Source: Balamuthia mandrillaris
Taxonomy: Eukaryota
Assembly: GCA_031835245.2 (NCBI GenBank)
Contig: JAVKOQ020000031.1
Location: 186,001 to 250,000 of the forward strand
DNA length: 64,000 bases
Direction: 5' to 3'
Shown: positions 1 to 11,129 of the stretch, piece by piece
How positions within the stretch are numbered: position 1 is the first letter of the stretch
Layout: each line of letters starts with the position of its first letter
Notes under the pieces: generated by a model
Seen by the model: the letters and a program-made list of their open reading frames with translations, nothing else
What the model was told of the DNA's origin: nothing
Databases searched by the model: none
Position numbers and translations under genes: made by a program

Positions 1-774
1 TGGACATCCAGGCGGAGGAGGCCAAGACCAAGGGCAGCAACGGCTCTGCTCCCGTGCAGACCTTGGCCAGCATGTTGGCACCTGCTGAGCCACCCTCTCA
101 ACCACCACAGGCCGTGTCTGCTACGGAGGATGACGGCATGTTTTGGGATGTGCCAACAACCGCAACAGCAACGGCCTCTACTACCCCTACTAGCAAGAAT
201 ACTGTTGCAACTCCTCCCTCTTCTGCCAGTTCTATTATTAGCTCGTATGTTTATTTTCTTTCGTTCGCTTTTTTGTTTTTATAATTGAGAGGTTTTAACC
301 TTTGTTCTAACATCATTTTTTTTGGTAACTTGAAGGGAAGCATTCCCGTCGTTAAGTGTAGCCGCAGCAGCGGTCCAGCAGCAAAGCAACGCCCAGCCTA
401 GAGGCAAGAAAGCAGCCGGCGGCAAGAACAAAAACAAAGGAGGAGCCACTGCCGCTGCTCCTCCTCTTATTCGCAATCCGGCCAATCCCTGGGGCACCCC
501 TTCAACGACAACGACAACAACCTCGCAAACCTCTACATCCAAACGCTCTTCTCAACCACAACAACAAGCGCCGAAGAAAGGAGGAAGCGGAGGAGGAGCA
601 CAAAGCAATAATAATGCAGAGGGAAAGAAGAAACAACAGCAAGGAGGAGCAGCAAGCCAAGGAAAGAAAAAGAAGATGAGCAAAGTGGATCCTTCGTTGT
701 TGGGCTTTAGCTCTAATGTTCAGAGCAGAGTGGCCCAAGGCGCCATTCAGCGCATTGATAGCGATGGCTACTAA
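1..774 (+). CDS. 3' end of a GYF-domain (GIGYF/EXA1-like) protein; gene begins upstream of the window; intron ~245-335
   Basis: The last exon reads ...GKKKKMSKVDPSLLGFSSNVQSRVAQGAIQRIDSDGY*, resembling the conserved KKxKKVxPSxLGF..S.R...GEIQ C-terminus of GIGYF/EXA1 proteins. TAA at 772-774. Confidence 0.6.
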
Positions 775-878
775 ATGGCTGCATTGATTTGATGAGTATG
801 GACCAACAAAGCAAACATATGAATAATGAATTCGCTATCTTCTGTCCTTTTCTTCTTGTCTTCTTCTTCATTGTGTCC

Positions 879-1266
879 CAGCAGAACCCCTGTATTTCCA
901 TGGGGGGCTGGAGCATTGCTCGAAATTCACGACCTGGAGCATGCATCCCACCCCTAGTCCAGGATGGTCTTGGTCCCCCAAGCAGACAAGTTGTTTGCTT
1001 GCTGATCGGCCAGTTCATCCGTTTAAGAGAGAGACCAACTCTTCAGGGACTGTGTGTCACGTTAGCATTTGGGTGTGATCAGCTTTCAACCTGATGCATT
1101 GATTGGGTCGGATGTTCATCTCGTGGCCGACCTGGATGTTGGTTTTTCCTTATGCCCCATGGTGTGGACGGAACGGAGTGACAGTTGTGCCCCTGCTGAC
1201 GGCATCGGATGATCATCGAGTGGACTTTTGCTAACGTAAAGCGTGCATTTCGTGTTGTGCTTTTTT
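879..1266 (+). ncRNA. Candidate structured non-coding RNA, family unassigned
   Basis: Several nested complementary segments with G-U pairs: 879-884/1193-1198, 898-905/1156-1163, hairpin 962-1020, hairpin 1096-1139. A crossing helix 921-931/1242-1252 and a T-run at 1260-1266. Confidence 0.25.
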
Positions 1267-1380
1267 GTTCTGTTCACTCCACCCTTTCATTTGTTTTCAT
1301 TTCATCGCAACCATCCTCTTCAAAACCAAACCCCATCCAGTCCGGTCCTCACCGCTCACAAAGTTTTAGAAGCAACCATC

Positions 1381-1957
1381 ATGGCTTATAGCAGCGTTGG
1401 GAATGGAGACCGCATTCTGTGCTCTCTGGAGACACCAGATGTGTTACGGGCCGAAGACTTTTGGATGAGAACACCGTCAGACGAAACCTCTCCGTGGGAT
1501 AGCGCTCCTCTCCTCTCTCCTCCGCCTTTTGTCCGTGGAGCCCCTGAGGGACGAGGACGCCTTCACGACCGCCGCCCCGGCGGGAACAATACCCCCGGAA
1601 CAGCGACCCACTACCGAGCTTGACCTTTTGGAAGAGATTCTGTTCAAAGACGACAGCGAGGGTGGGGTTGCCCCTTGTTCAGGCGTGTGGACCTACGACC
1701 CGAGCGCGCCGTGCTCTGGTTGTTGCCATGAATGCATCTTGACGGACGGCAAGGTGCCTCCCGTTGGATCAGGACTGAAGTATCTACGACCGAATAAGAG
1801 GCCCCCAAAGGCGAAGAAGAAGATAACGAAGAAGAAGAAGATGAAGGAGCAGCACCAACGGGTCAGCTCGAGGCAGCGGACGAACAAGAGGCTAGGCGGA
1901 GGAACCCCACCAAAGAAGAAGAGGCATTGCAGAGACTTGGGGCATATGGACTGGTAA
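1381..1957 (+). CDS. Hypothetical ~190-aa protein with Cys cluster and basic C-terminus; apparent 1-nt frameshift in the TTTT run at ~1527-1530
   Basis: The ORF from ATG 1381 (MAYSSVGNG...) joins the 1529-1957 ORF (SVEPLRDED...CSGCCHECIL...KKKR) if one T is removed from the homopolymer. Confidence 0.35.
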
Positions 1958-2402
1958 ATATACCATATTAAAGAAAAAACACAAAACCAAAAAAAAAAAG
2001 AGATGCCTTGCAAGACAAGTCCGCAACCTCCTTACAACAAGTCCAACAGGTCGATCACCTCTCCTCTCCCATTCATTCTCTTCCTGTAACTCTATTACAG
2101 GTACATTCATGCATTCATTTTTTACCTTTCCACGAGTCGGCTCGCATCCTTTGTCCCAACGTTCTGTGCCTTCTTACCATGGTTCATGTTCCGCCCCAGC
2201 CAGCAAAAGGGTGTGTGTGTGTGTTTTGCGCTGCTGTCTACACAAATAAACATCCAAAGAAGCAGAAGAAAAAACGCCTCTTGGGCAACCTGAAGCCCCG
2301 CTCTCATTTATCGGGACAAGGGGTTCAAGTTTAACCCCTGGTGGGATCTTGCTGTGTTCGCCGACCAGTGGTTAACTGGGGGTTGGTACGCAGAGAAAAC
2401 CA

Positions 2403-2502
2403 ATGTCACAGGCATTTGCGGGGCCTGCCCCCTGCTTCTACGAAGAAAATGAAGCCCCAAGTGAGTCACCAAGACCATTTTGGTTCTTTCCTTGGAGATT
2501 GA

Positions 2503-2549
<47 letters not shown>

Positions 2550-2559
2550 CTCTGTAACT

Positions 2560-2608
<49 letters not shown>

Positions 2609-3091
2609 TCATTTTTTTTGTGGCTTTAGCGGCACTAGAAAAAAAGGTTGCCACGCTCCGTTTCAATCAGCTAGCTCAACTCCTGAGTGGGGGCAACGAC
2701 CGCGTAGACTACCAGAAGCTCGCTTTGATAGAACTCGGCAAAAGAGCTCTCGGTTAGTACAAAGATGCAAAAAAAAAAGAAAAACTTACGCGAGTATTTG
2801 TTTTCAGCTGTGGAGAACGCTGAGCTTATTTTCAGCCATGGCTTGACCGACGCTGCTATTCGCTTGCTGTCTTCCTCCGACGAGAGCATCCAAGAATTGG
2901 CTTTGAAGGCTCTTATCAATATCACTATCGATGGTTTCTGCACCTTCTCCTTCTCCTTCTCCTTCTCCTTCTCCTTCTCCTTCTCCTTCTCCTTCTCCTT
3001 CTCCTTCTCCCCTTCTCCTTCTCCTTCTCCTTCTCCTTCTCCTTCTCCTTCTCCTTCTCCTTCTCTTTCTTCTCCTTCTCCTTCTCCTTCT

Positions 3092-3126
<35 letters not shown>

Positions 3127-3131
3127 GCTCT

Positions 3132-3167
<36 letters not shown>

Positions 3168-4145
3168 CATACGTTTCCCTTCTGTTTTTCTCCTTGCTCC
3201 TTACTCGGTCTTTCTCACGGTCGTTGCCCGTCAGAGCAAAGCAGAGATGACGTGTTTGATGGAGGAGGCATTCCTCCTATTGTAAAGCTACTAGACTCCT
3301 CCAACGAGACTCTACAAATCCACGCTGCTTGGGCTCTCACCAACATGACCAACAATGGTTTGTTCCCATCATATTCTGTTAAGCTTTTCTTGCGCCTCAT
3401 AATGCCTCATTTTTATTCCTCTCTTTCTTACAGAGGCCAACAAACAATCGGTGAGAGAGGCGGATGCTATAAAATATCTGCTGCCAATGGTGGAGTCCAC
3501 CAACGACGCGGTACAAACGGGAGCGTTGAAGTTGTTGTCGAACCTGTCAGAGGAAGAGAGCAATCACGCCAGCATGACCACATCTGCTTTCTTTGTGCCA
3601 ATGTTGAAAAAGCTACTGACCTCCCGCAACCAATCCGTCCTGATGTACATCCTCTTTATCGTGCGTAATCTTACGAAGAAAGGTATCTATCTATCTATTT
3701 TGCTTTCCGCGTTCTTCGTTCTTAGTCATTCTTCGTTCTTCCTGTTCTTCCTGTTCTTCTTGTTCTTCTTCTGGTTCTTCTTGTTCGTTCTTCTTCTTCT
3801 TCTTCTCCTCCTTCACGTTCTTCGAATCTCTGCTTTTCTCTCTGTTTATCTTGGTTTCTGTGTGACACTAAACAATATCATAGACGAAGGTACTCAGGAA
3901 ATACGCAATACTCACGGTCTCAAGATACTCATACACTTGTTAAAGAATCACCAGAGCCCCCAAATCCTTGGGCCTGTCCTCATGATCTTTGCCAATTTAG
4001 CTCATAAAGGGGATGCAATGAACATCGTCAACCTAGGCGCGCTTCCTCCATTAATGAACGTTTTGGCCAGTACAAACGCCCGCCTTGTTGTATTTGCACT
4101 AACTTTGCTTGCTGAGTTGGTTGCTGAAAGTATGTATCTCTCTCG

Positions 4146-4181
<36 letters not shown>

Positions 4182-7100
4182 GCTCACTCTTCCTCTGCAT
4201 TTCTGTTTTCTTTCGGAACAGAACAATGCCACAAAGCGTTGTTGGACGGACTTGAAGTATCGCTTGTATACAAGTTATTGGTTAGAACAGACCTTGAAGA
4301 CAAGACCAAAGTAACAGCCCTTCGACTGCTTGTTGAACTGCTCTCCACAGGTCCGTTCATTCTTGCATTCCTTTATCATTTACAAAGTACGTCGTCTGAG
4401 GTAATAACAACAAAATCAGGCGACGTTAACTTTGCGGCAAAGTTTGTGGAGACTGGTGGCCTTCGCTTTGCAGCGACTATCCTTGCTTCTCATCCACTAT
4501 CCACGTTGCAAGAATTGGCCTTGCGAACGTTTGTTGCTGTAACCAAATGCGGTCTGTTGCTCCTGTCTCCCGTTCGCTTCTATTTTCAGTTTCTTTGTTC
4601 TATTTTTCTTCCCTCCCCCCCCCGCTTTCTTTATCTGGAGGCACAACACTGTCATAAGACAACGATTTGAAACTAATATAGGAGGGCACACATAGAGGCA
4701 CTTATCAAACGAGTTTTAACGGATGGAGCATTTCCGCCAATCATTGCTGCCTTAACAAGCAAAGACCCTAAAGTACAAGAAAGAGCACTTCAAGTATCAG
4801 CCCAGATAAATCTTGATGGTTTGTTTCTTGAGACAGGCCTATCTTTTCGTTTCTCTCTAACTCTTTCCCCCTCTCTCTGTCTATCTCCTTCCTACTCTAC
4901 CAACGCTAACACAATAACAGCAACGGTAAGGGTGGCATTTGCAAAGTCAGGCGCACTGAGAACCATGCTGGAGCTCTCAGCTGTGCTTACCGATCCACTT
5001 CGTTTATGTCTCTGTCTACGAGGACTCTTTAACCTCCTTTTAGAAGGTGTGTCTGTTGTTGGTGTTGCTCCTTCCGCTTACTCTCTTGCTGAACTCCATT
5101 TTCGTTCCCAGATGAGTTACGTCTGATTGTCTTCAAAACACGAAAGTTGGACCATCTGGATGCATTACTAGACTCACCGAATGATAAAATACGAAGTGAG
5201 GCTGAAGCTCTGGAAGATCTTTTGTACGAAGATATGGAAGCGGACATGGAAGAAAAGGATGATGTACAAGCACCAGCAACATCCACACCACCAATGAGCG
5301 CATCTCTTCATTCTACCAATTCCTCCACAAGTAACCTTAACCAACAAACTTCCGCTTCTCAAACGCTTCCTATGACTTTGCATCCGACCTCAAAAGAAAA
5401 AGAGACCTTGAAGGAGAAAGCAGGTGCAACAAAAGCAACTACAACGGAGCCAAAGAAGGGAGACAGCACGCGAACTCAAAAGGAAGATTCTCAGAGCAGC
5501 AAAGACAAAAAGAAGAGACATACTTCTTCCTCTTCCTCGTCTTCGTCTTCTTCCTCAAGAAGAAACAGTCGGAATCGAGATGGGAGCAGTAGGAAAAAGC
5601 ATTCCTCCTCTTCTTCATCTTCAGACAGACGAAAGCGAAGCAACAAGTCATCCTCTTCCTCTTCGACAAAAAAGAAAGAATCTGCTTCGGTACCTCTCAA
5701 CATAAAGATAGTAACCCCAGAAGAAGACATCAAGCTGTTGCGTGTTCCGTCGGACATTCGTTGGAGAGACTTTCGGAACAAGATATTACACAAGTGTGGA
5801 AGAGAAGAAGAAACCAAAGAAAAGGAGGGTGAAGTTAGCTATTCTCTCAAGTACAAAGACTCAACCGGAGATCTCATCCTTTTGGAGAGCCAAGAGGACC
5901 TTGACTTTGCGTTGGAGCTCTTTGATAATGCAGAAGAGAAAAAGGGGTTGCAGGTGTATTTGCAGAAGAGAGAGAGGAAGCGGACCACAACGGGTCCAGG
6001 TGCAAAGGATGGATCCACTGACAAAAGCTCAAGGTATGGTTTCATATTCGTCACTGTTCTGTGTCCCCTTTTTGTTTGCTGACTGTTTTCCAAAGGCATC
6101 CAGAAGAGGATGTTAATGTTTTCTCTCTTGGAAAGAAAGTATCCTTGCAAGTATTCTCCTACCTGGACGACGTGGGTGACCTTCTATCGGTGCAACAGAC
6201 CTGCAAGACGTGGTTCGCATTTCTGGCCCAAGAAGAAGGAGGATCAGAGCTCTGGGAGCGCCTCCTTGCGAGAAAAATGGCATCTGCTGCAGAGCAGCCT
6301 CCTGCTACTCCAAGTGCGGTACCGTCTCTGGCTAGCGGACTGAAAAAGCAAAGCTCAGCAGGAACAGCAGGAGGAGTAGCAACACTCCCTCAGTTGGAAC
6401 CTTCTATCTCGTTCTTGAAGCTCACGTCGACATCAGAGCAGGATGACTCTCCCGCTCCCACGCCCAGAGACCTTGGCAATCGTACTGCTCGCGGAAGAAG
6501 CGCTACCGGATGTAAGCTTTCTTCTTTTCATCCACTCTTCTTTCCTTACGGTCTCTATTCTCCGTGCTTTCTAGCTAACAACATTCTTTGTGCTTGTTCC
6601 TTGTTTACTCGTCCCGCTTATTCTATATGTCTGAACTTGGGAATAATAGCCGCATCCACAACAGGTCAATCTTCTACTGCTAGCAATGCAGAGCCAACCG
6701 GCTGGAAAGAGCGCTTCATTAAGATGCAACGCAACGAGGACATGATGTTTCAAAAGTTCCAGCCCTGTCGTGTTCTCACGGGTCATTCTGAGCAAGTCTC
6801 TTGTGTTCAGCTAATGGATGACGAACGCACAGTAATCAGCGGATCCTTTGATCGTACTCTCAAAGTGTGGGACTGTAATGCTGCCTCTATGTTGCAGTCG
6901 TTGAACGTGCATCGAGACATTGTGTCTTGTCTCCGATATGTGAATGGACAATTATTCAGCGGTTCTTGGGACCACACCGTCAAAGTTAGCATTCTCTTGT
7001 TCTCCTCTCTTTACATCTTCTTTCTCCTCCTTCTTCTCCTTCTAACAAAATGTAGGTTTGGGATTTCGGCTCGTCTACCATCGACAAATGCACGCAAACG

Positions 7101-7758
7101 CTGCGCCACGGAGGGCGAGTACTCTGTCTTCACTCCTCTCCTTCCATCCAAGGGCTCCTGGTAACAGGCTGCATGGACAAGCACATACGAGTATGGGACA
7201 TAGCTCGAGGTGAGGTGCTGAAAGAGATTTCTGTCACCGAGATGGACGTGCTTTCCCTCCAGGCAGATGCCAGCAAGATCATCAGCGGCGGGCATAAAGC
7301 GGTCACCATATGGGACATGGAGACGGCGAAGAGCAGGATGTTCTTGGAGGGGCATCAAGGAGAGATCAATTGTTTGCAGTCCTCTGCTTCGAGAATAGTC
7401 TCTGGAAGCTGGGACAAAACGTTGAGGTACAGACAGATTCGCTCGCCTTCATTTTTTTTTTGTTGGTTGCAGGCTTTAAACTCTTTCAAGGATTTGGGAC
7501 CCGAATACAGGAGAAAATATCAAGGTGTTGAGAGGACACACCTGGCCGATTCGTTGTCTCCAGTTCGACGAAGATCAGAACCTGCTGGTCTCCGGCTCTG
7601 CTGATAAGACTCTGAAAATATGGGACTTTAGAATGGGAGAATGTCTCAACACCTTAGAAGGACATACCAACTTTGTGTCGTCCCTTGCTTTCCGGGGCAC
7701 CAACCTCATCTCCGCTTCTGACGACTGCACACTTCGTCATTGGGACCTGGTTATGTGA
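2403..7758 (+). CDS. Multi-exon armadillo-repeat + PB1 + F-box + WD40 protein
   Basis: ARM repeats (GGIPPIVKLLDSSNETLQIHAAWALTNMT; GALPPLMNVL). PB1 (LNIKIV...YSLKYKDSTGDLILLESQEDLDFALE). F-box (LGKKVSLQVFSYLDDVGDLLSVQQTCKTW). Multiple GH...SGSxDxTxKxWD repeats. GT-AG joins checked in frame at the ARM/PB1 and PB1/F-box boundaries. Start codon uncertain. Confidence 0.8.
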
Positions 7759-8141
7759 GTTTGGAAGAATCATTTTGTTTTCATCACCTTCTGTACAACA
7801 AAGTCTGCATGCATGTTGACAGTTAAAAAGAATGTTCGCAAAGGACGAGCCTCGAGCATACACAGAAGAAGTTGCATACAACAAACAAACATATAGTTGT
7901 CGACGATATCTCCTTTATAAGGTGACCTCATCTCGCACCTCTTCGTCAAAGTTCTATAACGGGTGGATAGATGGATTGACGAACTTCCTCTCGGGTCAGA
8001 AAAAGGAAAGCGATGATAGATAGTGACGTACGAAAGGAAGAAACGACGAAGCCACTATAAAGCACAGGGATATCCCTTTGTCTAAATACAGAAACACCGC
8101 AAGTGAACGAAACACAACAGGAACAACAAAAAACAAGCACA

Positions 8142-8774
8142 ATGGGAAACACACAATGCAACGTCGATAAGTTGGGGAAAGCGATGGTTTGGGAAGCCAA
8201 CGGGGTCAGCTACAAGGCAGGAAGCGCGGTCCTCCAGTTTGGGCCGGAGAGTCCCTTCCTTGTGTACAAAGGGGACTACCAGGAACTCTCCTCCAATTCC
8301 TCTTCCTCTTTCCTGCTTCACGGCCATGGGACCATGACTTGGAAGAACGGAAGCGTCTACAAAGGGTTCTGGAGGAACAACCAACGGCACGGGGACGGGA
8401 TTATGACTTTCCACTCTCATGACCGGTTCGGAAGGCTGTGCTATGACGGGCAATGGAAGCACGACATGATGCACGGAGAAGGAGTCATGCTGTGGAGGGA
8501 TGGAAGCAAGTACGTGGGTGACTGGAGGAGGGGGCAACGATGCGGCTTGGGAGTTCAGTTGTTCAGTAATGGCCAACAGCAGTACGAAGGTCAATGGAAA
8601 GGGGACAAGGAGGATGGACAAGGAGCAATTGTTTCAAGCTCAACAATCCCAAGCTCCAGTTTGGCTCAACTGAAAGATGAGGATGGAATACCATTGCGGT
8701 GTAGTGGAGAATGGAGGGACGGAGTATTCCATGGTCGGTCGCAATGCAAAAGAGACCTGCTGTCCATGTTTTAA
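8142..8774 (+). CDS. MORN-repeat protein, intronless, possible N-myristoylation (MGNTQC)
   Basis: Repeats of the type YKGFWRNNQRHGDG, YDGQWKHDMMHGEG, YVGDWRRGQRCGLG, YEGQWKGDKEDGQG. Confidence 0.85.
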   Translation: MGNTQCNVDKLGKAMVWEANGVSYKAGSAVLQFGPESPFLVYKGDYQELSSNSSSSFLLHGHGTMTWKNGSVYKGFWRNNQRHGDGIMTFHSHDRFGRLCYDGQWKHDMMHGEGVMLWRDGSKYVGDWRRGQRCGLGVQLFSNGQQQYEGQWKGDKEDGQGAIVSSSTIPSSSLAQLKDEDGIPLRCSGEWRDGVFHGRSQCKRDLLSMF

Positions 8775-8969
8775 ACCCAAAAAGCATTGAAATAATAATG
8801 TAAATATTGTTACACAAATTTAAAAAAAAATCAATATTTCGAACCACGCTGGTAATTTTCTGAAGGATATTCAATAATCGATAAACCACGTCAGCATCGA
8901 CCTAAAACCAATAACAATGACGTACGCTCCACTTTCGGAAAACAACAAAGAAAGAAAAGAAAAGAGAAA

Positions 8970-9515
8970 ATGAACTCCATCCGCAGTCGGACAGCGAGCC
9001 ATCTGCTCAGCGCTGGCATCAAGCCATCCGGCCTGGCGGCCATGCGCTGCACTGCTTCTTTTCGTAAAACCCTAAGGTGGTGCAGTGGTGAGTGGGCCAG
9101 CAACCCCTCCTCCCCTGCTTGCTTCCTCTCCACCACCGCTGCCCGTTTTGCTGCAAAGCCGCCCTCCTCCTACAATTTTACCAACCAGCTGCCTTCGGAG
9201 GTGGAAGGCGCTGCCCCTTCCCTGCTGGACGGTCGCAGGAAATGCCTGCTGTTTCGCAGCAAGGAAAGGGGCATGCTGGAGAACGACCTCATCCTCGGCA
9301 CTTTTGCGCTCAAGTACCTCGCCACCATGAGCGAGACGGAGCTCAAGCTCTTCGAGGCGCTTCTCGAGGAGAGCGATCCGGACCTGTGGCAGTGGATCAC
9401 CAAGAAGATGGACTTGCCGGAGCGCCTGGACCATGACCTCATGAGACGGATCCAGACGCACGCTCAAAGCAACCCTCTTGAGTATGTGCGGCACGACAAT
9501 ACCACTCAAGAATAA
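8970..9515 (+). CDS. SDHAF2: Succinate dehydrogenase assembly factor 2 (Sdh5), mitochondrial
   Basis: RRKCLLFRSKERGMLENDLILGTFA...LLEESDPDLWQWI (RGxxE motif) after an Arg/Ser-rich presequence. Confidence 0.92.
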   Translation: MNSIRSRTASHLLSAGIKPSGLAAMRCTASFRKTLRWCSGEWASNPSSPACFLSTTAARFAAKPPSSYNFTNQLPSEVEGAAPSLLDGRRKCLLFRSKERGMLENDLILGTFALKYLATMSETELKLFEALLEESDPDLWQWITKKMDLPERLDHDLMRRIQTHAQSNPLEYVRHDNTTQE

Positions 9516-9561
9516 TTTTTTCCTCAAGAACCTTACATAAGGTTGACTTCTATTTTCGTGC

Positions 9562-9860
9562 TACTCCTGCCCTCTGCTCTCTGCTCTCTGCTCTCTGCTC
9601 TCTGCTGACTGCTGTCTGCTGTCTGCTCTCCTCTCTGCTCTCTGCTCTCTGCTGTCGGCTCTCTGCTCACTCCTCACTGCTCTCTCCTCTCTGCTCTCTG
9701 CTCTCTGCTCTCTCCTCTCTGCTCTCTGCTCTCCTCTCTGCTCTCTCCCTCTCTCCCTCTCTCCTCTCCCTCTCTGCTCTCTGCTCTCTTCTCTCTGCTC
9801 TCTGCTCTCTGCTCTCTGCTCTCTCCTCTCTCCTCTCTGCTCTCTTCTCTCTCCTCTCAT
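9562..9860. repeat. Imperfect (CTCTG/CTCTCTG)n microsatellite
   Basis: Directly visible tandem low-complexity tract. Confidence 0.85.
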
Positions 9861-9905
9861 CAATGATTTTTGTCGACAATAATAAAAAGAAAGAAGAAGG
9901 CTGCG

Positions 9906-10913
9906 ATGGCGGAAGAGCTGCCGCTGGAGCTGGTGTGCAGCATCCTGGCGCTGGTGGAGCCAGAATTCGCGGCGGTAGCTGCCAGAACGTGCAAACGCTG
10001 GTATGCCTGCACTCTTGCAGAGAAAAGGAACAAGTTGGACGCGAGGGTGGCGCGAAGCGGGCTTTCCTTGTTCCGCTGGGCCTTGGAGAACGGCTGTCCT
10101 TATACCCCTCGCCTTTGCCGCCTGGCGGCCAAGGATGGTCAGTTGGACGTGCTTCAATGGGTCCAAGAGCAGGGGTGGTCGTTGCCGGCTGACACCTGCT
10201 CCCTGGCTGCTAACAAGGGCCACTATCACCTGGTCAAATGGGCATTTTCTGTGGGCTGCCCTTTGAAGGCTTCCGTTTGCAGCGCAGCTGCTGCGAGAGG
10301 TGACATGGAAACCCTTCGGTGGGCTCGAGAGCATGACTGTCCTTGGAGCGTGTGGACCTGCGCCTTGGCAGCCCGGGACGGACGATTGGCGGCGCTCCAG
10401 TGGTGCCATGAGCAAGGCTGCCCTTGGGACGAGCGAACCTGCCAATTTGCCGCTATGAATGGCCATCTGGCCATCCTCCAGTGGGCCAGAGAGAAAGGTT
10501 GCCCTTGGGACCAACATACTTGCCACGTTGCAGCCTTACGCGGCCATCTGACTGTCCTACAATGGGCGAGACAGGCAGGTTGTCCCTGGGGCAAGAAGAC
10601 TTGTGCGAATGCCGCTCAAGGAGGCCATCTGGCCATTCTCCAGTGGGCTAGAGAGAATGGATGCCCTTGGGACGATCGAACCTGCACAAACGCCGCCGAA
10701 GGTGGACACCTGGAGGTTCTCCAGTGGGCAAGAGAGCAAGGCTGTCCGTGGGACTCATGGACTTGCTTGGGGGCGGGTTGGATGGGACATCTGGCGGTGC
10801 TCAAGTGGCTGAGGGCGAACGGATGTCCTTGGGATGAAAGCGTGGGCAACGTAGCAGCCAAGCATGGACGGGAGGAGGTGGCCCAATGGGCTCGTGATGG
10901 GTATCCTCTGTAA
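9906..10913 (+). CDS. Ankyrin-repeat protein of the 'GCPWD' type common in amoebal giant viruses, with F-box-like N-terminus; intronless
   Basis: About 10 repeats of AAxxGHLxxLQWARExGCPWD; N-terminal LPLELVCSILALV. Confidence 0.88.
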   Translation: MAEELPLELVCSILALVEPEFAAVAARTCKRWYACTLAEKRNKLDARVARSGLSLFRWALENGCPYTPRLCRLAAKDGQLDVLQWVQEQGWSLPADTCSLAANKGHYHLVKWAFSVGCPLKASVCSAAAARGDMETLRWAREHDCPWSVWTCALAARDGRLAALQWCHEQGCPWDERTCQFAAMNGHLAILQWAREKGCPWDQHTCHVAALRGHLTVLQWARQAGCPWGKKTCANAAQGGHLAILQWARENGCPWDDRTCTNAAEGGHLEVLQWAREQGCPWDSWTCLGAGWMGHLAVLKWLRANGCPWDESVGNVAAKHGREEVAQWARDGYPL

Positions 10914-11129
10914 CGCGCTGCTCAGGTTCACCGCTACGTATTTTTTGGCGACACGGAAAAAAACGTGAAATTTGAGATTAATTTTAGAGAAAACTTCCTT
11001 TTTTGGTTTCATATATCTATATAACAAAAATAATAGATCAACGATCAACTATCGTGTCGTTCAATTTTTTTTTTTTAAGCCCATAAGAAGAAGAAGAAGC
11101 AGCACTCAACGTCACTCGGTGCCACCAGA

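Noticed and set aside
1025..1230. U3 snoRNA, SRP RNA or group I intron identity for the structured region
   Set aside because: Only short partial resemblances (TTCAGGGA, GATGATC, GGAACGGAG); the required companion motifs are missing or out of order.
9561..10861. Antisense ORFs overlapping the ankyrin gene (similar cases at SDHAF2, cathepsin, BOP1 and copia)
   Set aside because: Shadow frames of GC-rich or repetitive coding sequence, with no recognisable motifs.
8142..10913. Endogenous giant-virus insertion (MORN + ankyrin intronless cluster)
   Set aside because: The genes flank the ordinary mitochondrial gene SDHAF2, and no viral core genes (capsid, polB, packaging ATPase) are visible.
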